A stretch of 64,000 bases of DNA. Source: a bacterium. Lineage in GTDB: Bacteria > UBA8248. A model generated the notes under the pieces. The model did no database searches, had not been told where the DNA came from, and saw nothing but the letters and a program-made list of their open reading frames with translations. Positions 58,283 through 64,000 of the stretch are shown here, in pieces. Made by a program: the position numbers and the translations under genes. The number at the start of each line of letters is the position of its first letter. The stretch's first letter is position 1. The stretch is from assembly GCA_965199855.1 (NCBI GenBank), contig OZ241326.1, positions 736,001 to 800,000 on the forward strand, given 5' to 3'.

Positions 58283-60154
58283 TCAACCCCCGCCCTCTCG
58301 CGCCCCCCGCGGAGCGGGGGCGGACGCCGCGAGCTTCTCGAAATGCGCCCGCGCCTCCTCGGGCAGGGAGGTGAAGCGCAGGGTGAGCCGCTCCCCTTTC
58401 GCCTCCACGACCTTCGCGTAGATTTCCGGGACGCCCGCCTCCTCCGCCACCCGCAGCATGAGGTTCGTCCCCCTCCCGAAGGCGGCCTCCGCCGACGCTT
58501 CCGCGCAGTTGCGCGAGACGCGCTCGATGCGGCCGCGCGCCGCCCGCTCCGACACGCGCTTTCCCTCCACCTCGAAGATGCGCGCGGGAAGGGGCGGCTC
58601 GACGTCGGCGAACGCCTCGGGCGGGGGCTCGGGCATCTTGCAGGCGTATTCGCCGCTCACCCCGCGCGCCTCATAGACGCGCACCGGCTCGGCCATGCCC
58701 TTGAAGAGCAGATCCTGCGCCTCGCCCACCCGGACGACGTCCCTCGTCTTGCGCCAGGTCTCGGGGCTGATGAGCACCTGCCCGCTCACGGTGTTCGACT
58801 CGATGCGGTAGGCCATGTTGATGGCCGCGCCCATCGCGCCGTATTTCGTACGCTTCTCCGAGCCGATGTTGCCGACGATCACCTCGCCCGTGTTGACGCC
58901 GATGCCCATGTGCAGCTCGGGCAGCCCGCTCGCGCGCTGCTCCTCGTTGATGCCCGCCAGCGCCCACTGCATCCCCACCGCGCACGCCACCGCGCGCACC
59001 GGGTCGTCCGGGGCGGCGAGGGGCGCGCCGAAGAACGCGAGAATCCCGTCCCCCTGGAACTCGTCGACCGTCCCCCGGTAGCGGGTGATGATCTCCACCA
59101 TCGGCTCGAGGAAGCGGTTCACCATCTCGACGACCTCGTCCGGCCCCAGGCGGTTGGAGAGCGCGGTGAAGCCCCTGAGATCCGAGACCAGGAAGGTCAC
59201 CTCGCGCACCTCGCCACCCAGCTTGAGGCCGTCGGGCGAGTTGAGCAGCTCGTCCACGATCTCCTCGCTGATGTAGCGCCCGAAGGTGTCGCGGATGAAG
59301 TCGCGCTGCCGCAGCCCCTCGACCATCCCCTCGAAGGAGTCGGCGAGGCGGCCCGCCTCGTCGTTCCCGCGCTTCGCGGGAATCGACACGTCGAGATTGC
59401 CCCGGCTCACCTCCGCCGCCGCCGCGGTGAGGCTTCTGAGCAGGCGCAGCATCCGCGCGGAGGCGAACCCGAAGAGGACGAGGCCCAGCGCCAGCAGCGC
59501 CGCCGTGAAGCCGAAGAGCCGGATGGTGTTCATCCGCACCTGCTCGGCCACGGGGTTGGCGAACTTGTTGAGCATCAGGATGGCCACCACCCGCCCGTTC
59601 AGCTTGAGCGGCGCGTTGACCTGGAGGAAGCGGTCGAACTCGCGATCCCCCAGCCTTCCGCCGAAGAGCCGCGAGTGCATCATCTCGCCCCTGTTCCAGG
59701 TGTCGTTCGTGGCCTTGTAGGTGGCGGGGAAGAGCCTGTGGATGTGGGCGTCCTCGCCCACCTCGAAGCCGTCGTGCCCGGCGGCGACGTAGTGGTAGCG
59801 GCCGTCGGCGCCCCGGCGCATGATGACGGCGTTGTCCACGCCCGAGCGCAGCTTGAGGCGCCGCAGCGCGCCCAGGACGGCGCGGTAGGCTTCCGTGTTC
59901 CTGTCGGCGGGCCTTCGCAGGCTGTGGACGGCTTCCACGTCCATGAAGGCCGCCCCGCGCTCGGCGAACACCTCGAGCTTCGAGGCCAGCAGGCGGATCT
60001 CGTAGGCGCGGCTCGACTGGAAGTATTTGTACGCGAGGGGAACCATGGCCACGAGGAGAATCGCCAGGAAAAGCGCCAGGTTCTTGAAGACGATGGAGCG
60101 GTGGAACCCCCCGGGCTTTCGGACGCCCGGCTCGGACGCGCTCGGCTTCGACAT
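58283..60154 (-). CDS. Membrane class III adenylate/guanylate cyclase with HAMP domain and PilZ-like C-terminus
   Basis: Two TMs, HAMP (DEAGRLADSF), SDLRGFT, FQGDG, GIGVNTG, GNIGS, INMAYRIE. Confidence 0.88.
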   Translation of the reverse strand: MSKPSASEPGVRKPGGFHRSIVFKNLALFLAILLVAMVPLAYKYFQSSRAYEIRLLASKLEVFAERGAAFMDVEAVHSLRRPADRNTEAYRAVLGALRRLKLRSGVDNAVIMRRGADGRYHYVAAGHDGFEVGEDAHIHRLFPATYKATNDTWNRGEMMHSRLFGGRLGDREFDRFLQVNAPLKLNGRVVAILMLNKFANPVAEQVRMNTIRLFGFTAALLALGLVLFGFASARMLRLLRSLTAAAAEVSRGNLDVSIPAKRGNDEAGRLADSFEGMVEGLRQRDFIRDTFGRYISEEIVDELLNSPDGLKLGGEVREVTFLVSDLRGFTALSNRLGPDEVVEMVNRFLEPMVEIITRYRGTVDEFQGDGILAFFGAPLAAPDDPVRAVACAVGMQWALAGINEEQRASGLPELHMGIGVNTGEVIVGNIGSEKRTKYGAMGAAINMAYRIESNTVSGQVLISPETWRKTRDVVRVGEAQDLLFKGMAEPVRVYEARGVSGEYACKMPEPPPEAFADVEPPLPARIFEVEGKRVSERAARGRIERVSRNCAEASAEAAFGRGTNLMLRVAEEAGVPEIYAKVVEAKGERLTLRFTSLPEEARAHFEKLAASAPAPRGAREGGG

Positions 60155-60190
60155 CCTCTCTCGCCTCCGGCGACGGCTCGGAAGGGCATG
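60122..60190. repeat. Direct repeat copy A (contains cyclase RBS and ATG)
   Basis: CGGCTTCGACATCCTCTCTCGCCTCCGGCGACGGCTCGGA recurs near 61290 and 62930. Confidence 0.85.
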
Positions 60191-60405
60191 ATACATCATT
60201 CCCGCGCGGGAGGCGAAGGCGGGGGCGTTCGAGGGGATGCGATTGCGGCGGACGGCTTCAAGCCCCGGCGCCGGAAAACGCCCGCGACCCGGACGCTGCG
60301 GGGAGGCTTTCGTCAAGAAAGAGCGCTGAAAAATACCCGCTTCATTTTTCCTCCCATGCGGCGCCGGACGTCCCGGATTCCCTGACCGGGCTGGCGCTTG
60401 AATCG

Positions 60406-61176
60406 TCATTTCGCTCCCGGTTCTGGTTTGAAGCATTGGTTGGAGTCCAGAAATTTCTTCTCCTCGGCGTCCGCCCGAAGACCCCAGTAAAGTTTCAGGG
60501 CCGCCCACGTCTTCAGATAATCGCAGTGGTATGCCCGGTTCGGCGGAAGCCAGTGGACGGGGTCTTTGCTCCCCTTGGATCGGCTGCTTGAGGACGAAAC
60601 GGCGATCAACGTATCGGGGTTGGAAAGATCATTCGCGTATTCTCGCCGCTGCGCGGGCGTCCAGCCGGCGCCGCCGCTGCGATGCGCTTCGGCCAACGGA
60701 ATGAAATGGTCAATGTCCAGATATTTGGGATCGGTGAATACGCGACCCGTATACGGATCCTCCCATCGACCGGAGACGACCTCGCAGCCCGCCGCGTCGA
60801 GTTTCACGGGTCGGGTGCTCTCGGCTATCAGGACCTCATGCCTGGTATTCTGGCAGTCGCCGTCCTGATCGATCCAGCCCCCGTAGAGCTCCCTGCTGTA
60901 AGGAACCGCCTGGGCGGCCTCCCCGGATGAAGAACGATTCGTTTCCTTGGGGACGTTTCCCCGCCTCCGCCGGCCAAGCATGGGAGTTTCCGGCGAGCCG
61001 GCCCCGGGACGATGGCATCCGCCCCCTTTCCCGCCCCGATGGCAGCCGAATCTATCGAGTCCCCCGCCGCGAGCATGTGCGGGTTCGATTGAGACATGGG
61101 AGAGAAAGGCGAGGGTGAGAAAAAATACGGCTACGACAGAATTGCAAAGCTGATACGATCTGCCGTCTGCGGCCAT
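60406..61176 (-). CDS. Secreted HNH (DUF1524-like) endonuclease with YHYH-like N-terminal motif
   Basis: TM/signal, GGGLDRFGCH, DGDCQNTRHEVL, DIDHFIPLAEA, RSKGSKDP..WLPPN. Confidence 0.8.
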   Translation of the reverse strand: MAADGRSYQLCNSVVAVFFLTLAFLSHVSIEPAHARGGGLDRFGCHRGGKGGGCHRPGAGSPETPMLGRRRRGNVPKETNRSSSGEAAQAVPYSRELYGGWIDQDGDCQNTRHEVLIAESTRPVKLDAAGCEVVSGRWEDPYTGRVFTDPKYLDIDHFIPLAEAHRSGGAGWTPAQRREYANDLSNPDTLIAVSSSSSRSKGSKDPVHWLPPNRAYHCDYLKTWAALKLYWGLRADAEEKKFLDSNQCFKPEPGAK

Positions 61177-61271
61177 CTTTTTCTTTCCTGTTTGCTCAAG
61201 CCTTACGCAAAAATAGCAAAAGCCCAATCCGGGAAATCGTGCTCCCGCTCTTCCGAGAAAATCCCCCGTTT

Positions 61272-61388
61272 GACGCCCGGCTCGGACGCGCCCGGCTTCG
61301 ACATCCTCTCTCGCCTCCGGCGACGGCTCGGAGCGGCATGACGCATCAACGCGGCCCCGGTGATTCCTTCATATCGACAACTCTTCCT
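61272..61388. repeat. Direct repeat copy B
   Basis: Matches copy A over ~65 bp and copy C over ~100 bp. Confidence 0.85.
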
Positions 61389-62829
61389 GCTTCGCGTCCG
61401 GTTGCTGGAAAGCGGCTCTTTTCCCCGGCGCTACCCTGAGAGGAGGGACTTTCACCGGCAAGCCTTCGGACTCGAAGAACTGCTCGATGGTGGCCACCTG
61501 AACGCGGGGAAACCTTCCGAAGTCGCATTCGTAAAAGCCCGCCGAGGCGGCCTGGGCCGTCATCGGCTGCGTCGGCGGCGCGAGCGTGATCAAAAAGCCC
61601 ATCGCCGCGCCTTCGGCGTCCAGGGTGGCCGTCAGCTCTCTGACCATGCCGACGCCGACGTTTTTGCCTCCCTTGACGGAAACAACGCAGAGTTCGTGTT
61701 TTTTCTCGCCCGTCATAATGTAGAAGAATCCATCTACGCCGCCGTCCGCCCCCTTCTTGCCCAAGCGCCATGGCTTGCCGTCGGGCATGAGGGTAACAGC
61801 CCAGAGTTCAAACTGATGCTTGTCCTGATCGGCCAAAGCGCGCGCGCCGGGGATATCCTGGGGCTGACCGTGAATCTCGTATCTCGCGCCCGGGAAAGCG
61901 CCTCGGAGCCGATCCCGAATCTCCCGAACGGCCAGATGGGTGATATCAATCCCCATCCATCGGCGGCCCAATTTCTCGGCCGCATGAACTGTCGTGCCGC
62001 AGCCGCAAAACGGGTCGAGCACCATATCGCCGGGGTTGGAGGAAGCCGAGACTATGCGCTCAAGCAGGGCGAGAGGCTTTTGCGTAGGATAGCCCAGACG
62101 CTCCCTTGATGAAGGCGCCAGAACAGGGATGCGCCAAACGGCGTCCAATGGAACGGCGGAATCTTCCCCGGTCTCCACTGTCGGATTTCTCGCCCCGCCT
62201 TCTCCAAAGGTTGCCCGCTGCCTTTTGCCCTTCCATCTTTTCCGGGAACTTTCCGACTGCTCGCGGTAAAGCTCGTTGAATGTTCCGGGCGCCGCGTTCC
62301 TGGAGTAATAAAGAATGATATCGTGCATTCGCTGAAACCTGCGCGCCTTCGTGGGCCAGCGACGATAGCTCCAGACAATCTCATTCCGGAAGCGATCTTT
62401 CCCGAACACGGCGTCCAGCAGAATTTTGAGATAATGGCTCGCCGTCGGGTCGCAGTGCAGGTAGAGGCTGCCCGTGGGCTTCAGCACCCGATGCAGTTCC
62501 AGCAGCCGCGCGGCCATCATCGCCAGATAGGCCATCATGTCGTTTTCACGCAAAAAAGAGCGCATCGCGTTCAGCATTCCGGCCGCGTCGGAATGACCCG
62601 AGCGCAATACCTCCTCGAAAGCCTCTTCCGCCTTCCGCCCCCAGTGCCAGGTGTCGTCGAACGCTTCGATCTGCGCGCCGCTGTTTTCTCCGGCGGGGGA
62701 CTTGAAAAGCACGTTGTATGCAGCGTTGGAATTGAACGGAGGATCGAGATAAATCAAATCCACGCTTTCATCGGGGACGCTTTCGCGCAGCACCGGCAGG
62801 TTGTCGCCATAGTAGAGCTGATTGGTCAT
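61369..62829 (-). CDS. N6/N4 DNA methyltransferase (beta class) with C-terminal Mrr-like domain
   Basis: YLDPPF, GYPTQKP, DPFCGCGT, then KKGADGGVDG...VSVKGG; lower GC. Confidence 0.88.
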   Translation of the reverse strand: MTNQLYYGDNLPVLRESVPDESVDLIYLDPPFNSNAAYNVLFKSPAGENSGAQIEAFDDTWHWGRKAEEAFEEVLRSGHSDAAGMLNAMRSFLRENDMMAYLAMMAARLLELHRVLKPTGSLYLHCDPTASHYLKILLDAVFGKDRFRNEIVWSYRRWPTKARRFQRMHDIILYYSRNAAPGTFNELYREQSESSRKRWKGKRQRATFGEGGARNPTVETGEDSAVPLDAVWRIPVLAPSSRERLGYPTQKPLALLERIVSASSNPGDMVLDPFCGCGTTVHAAEKLGRRWMGIDITHLAVREIRDRLRGAFPGARYEIHGQPQDIPGARALADQDKHQFELWAVTLMPDGKPWRLGKKGADGGVDGFFYIMTGEKKHELCVVSVKGGKNVGVGMVRELTATLDAEGAAMGFLITLAPPTQPMTAQAASAGFYECDFGRFPRVQVATIEQFFESEGLPVKVPPLRVAPGKRAAFQQPDAKQEELSI

Positions 62830-62926
62830 ATCGACGCGCCTCCGGTCATGTCCGCTCCGCCCGACCCTTCGCGCAACTTAAAGCAAACTCCGGCCGAAGG
62901 AAATCCCGCGCCGGGACAGGCGCGGG

Positions 62927-63028
62927 CGCGCCCGGCTTCGACGTCCTCTCTCGCCTCCGGCGACGGCCCGGAGGGGCATGACGCATCAATGCGGCCCCGG
63001 TGATTCCTTCATATCGACAACTCTTCCT
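62927..63028. repeat. Direct repeat copy C (includes a duplicate of the MTase 3' end)
   Basis: GCATGACGCATCAA.GCGGCCCCGGTGATTCCTTCATATCGACAACTCTTCCT shared with copy B. Confidence 0.85.
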
Positions 63029-63357
63029 CCGCTCGAATCGTCGGCCCGCGCCGGGGCGTCCTCCCGCAGAAGAATACCATACGTTTCCCCGGCTCTTGCG
63101 GGGATGCGGAAAAATCGCCCCGGCCCCCTTCGCCGCGGGAAGCGGGGCGTCTCTCGCGGGAGGGGAAATCAGAGCCTTCGGGAGCCGCCGCCCTTCATCC
63201 GGTTCTCGTCGAAAAACCCCTCCGGCGGCCCGAATATGGCGATCAAGCGCGAAAGGAGCCGGCCCCGGCTTCTCGATGCCGGCCGTCCGCGCGGGGCTGT
63301 CTCCAATCCCGCCGTCGCCGCGCCGGCAAACGAAAGGGAGCGTCAAAACGTCCCCCC

Positions 63358-63927
63358 TCAAATGCGCTCCTCCAGGGCGCGGGCGGCCTCCGCGGTGATC
63401 TCCTCCACCTTCGCCAGCACGTCGGGATGGTCGAGGAGCGACTCGCGCACCTCGGCGAGAATCGCCATCTTGGCGGCGGCGAAGCCGTCCTCATACCGGA
63501 GCCTCAGCCGTCCCGCCGAGATGCGGGTGCGCTCGAGGGCGTTCACCATCCCCGCGAGCTTCTCCGGCGTGAGCTCCTCGAAGGATTCGCTCCTCATGCG
63601 CGAGACGGCCTCGACCGCCTGCGCCATCAGCATCCGCCGGGCGGCGGCCGCCGCCTTCTCGCCCGGGTCGCTCCCCTCGCCGTCGTAGGCGACGACCTCC
63701 TCGATGAGCTCGTCCACCATGGCCTCCACGCGCCTGCTCCTGCGGATGGCCGCGCGCAGCCTGCCGTTGCGGTTCTTCATCGAGCTGATGGAGATGCTCT
63801 CTCCCGTCGCCTCCTCGAAGGCGCGCGCCACCTCCCTGTAGGGCTTCCCGGCGGCGAGCATGGAATCGACCAGCTCCTCGGCGCCGTATTCCACGATCTT
63901 CGACCTGCGGCCCCGCTTTCTCTCCAT
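63358..63927 (-). CDS. Mu gp27/DUF3486-like putative small terminase subunit
   Basis: RGRRSKI N-terminus, HTH-like region (Y.EVA...ISISS), helical C-terminus; TGATG coupling to upstream gene. Confidence 0.65.
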   Translation of the reverse strand: MERKRGRRSKIVEYGAEELVDSMLAAGKPYREVARAFEEATGESISISSMKNRNGRLRAAIRRSRRVEAMVDELIEEVVAYDGEGSDPGEKAAAAARRMLMAQAVEAVSRMRSESFEELTPEKLAGMVNALERTRISAGRLRLRYEDGFAAAKMAILAEVRESLLDHPDVLAKVEEITAEAARALEERI

Positions 63928-64000
63928 CACAGCGCCCCCGCGAGAATGTCCGCCGGAAGCGGCACCGCGCCCTCGAGCGCGCCCCGCCCCCGGCGGGTGA
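63927..64000 (-). CDS. C-terminus of a Mu gp26-like protein (cut by window end)
   Basis: Reads TRRGRGALEGAVPLP...AL-stop, resembling the T..G...EG...P end of Mu gp26-like proteins that precede DUF3486. Confidence 0.4.
   Translation of the reverse strand, partial: TRRGRGALEGAVPLPADILAGAL

Overview
64 kb of a very GC-rich bacterial chromosome. Most genes are host metabolism: ABC transporters, many oxidoreductases, glgB/glgX, a complete coenzyme F420 (cof) operon, aroE, amtB, yajQ, a diadenylate cyclase and tRNA-Sec. The main finding is a Mu/lambdoid-type virion morphogenesis set split into three islands on the minus strand, still in phage order: gp26-like + DUF3486 small terminase; split TerL + portal; protease-capsid to tail tube and chaperone. 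Host genes and cargo islets separate the islands, and the window has no integrase, transposase or replication gene. The two islands whose upstream regions are visible share an identical 25-bp box at the same spacing from a -10 element. This suggests a domesticated, co-regulated gene-transfer-agent-like system rather than a decaying prophage. Also found: an OsmC-family selenoprotein with a SECIS-like hairpin that the ORF track missed, a duplicated ~300-bp non-coding element carrying the same box and a parS site, mosaic REP clusters, a candidate ~300-nt structured RNA, and a repeat-delimited cassette array. All family assignments come from motif recognition by eye, not database searches.
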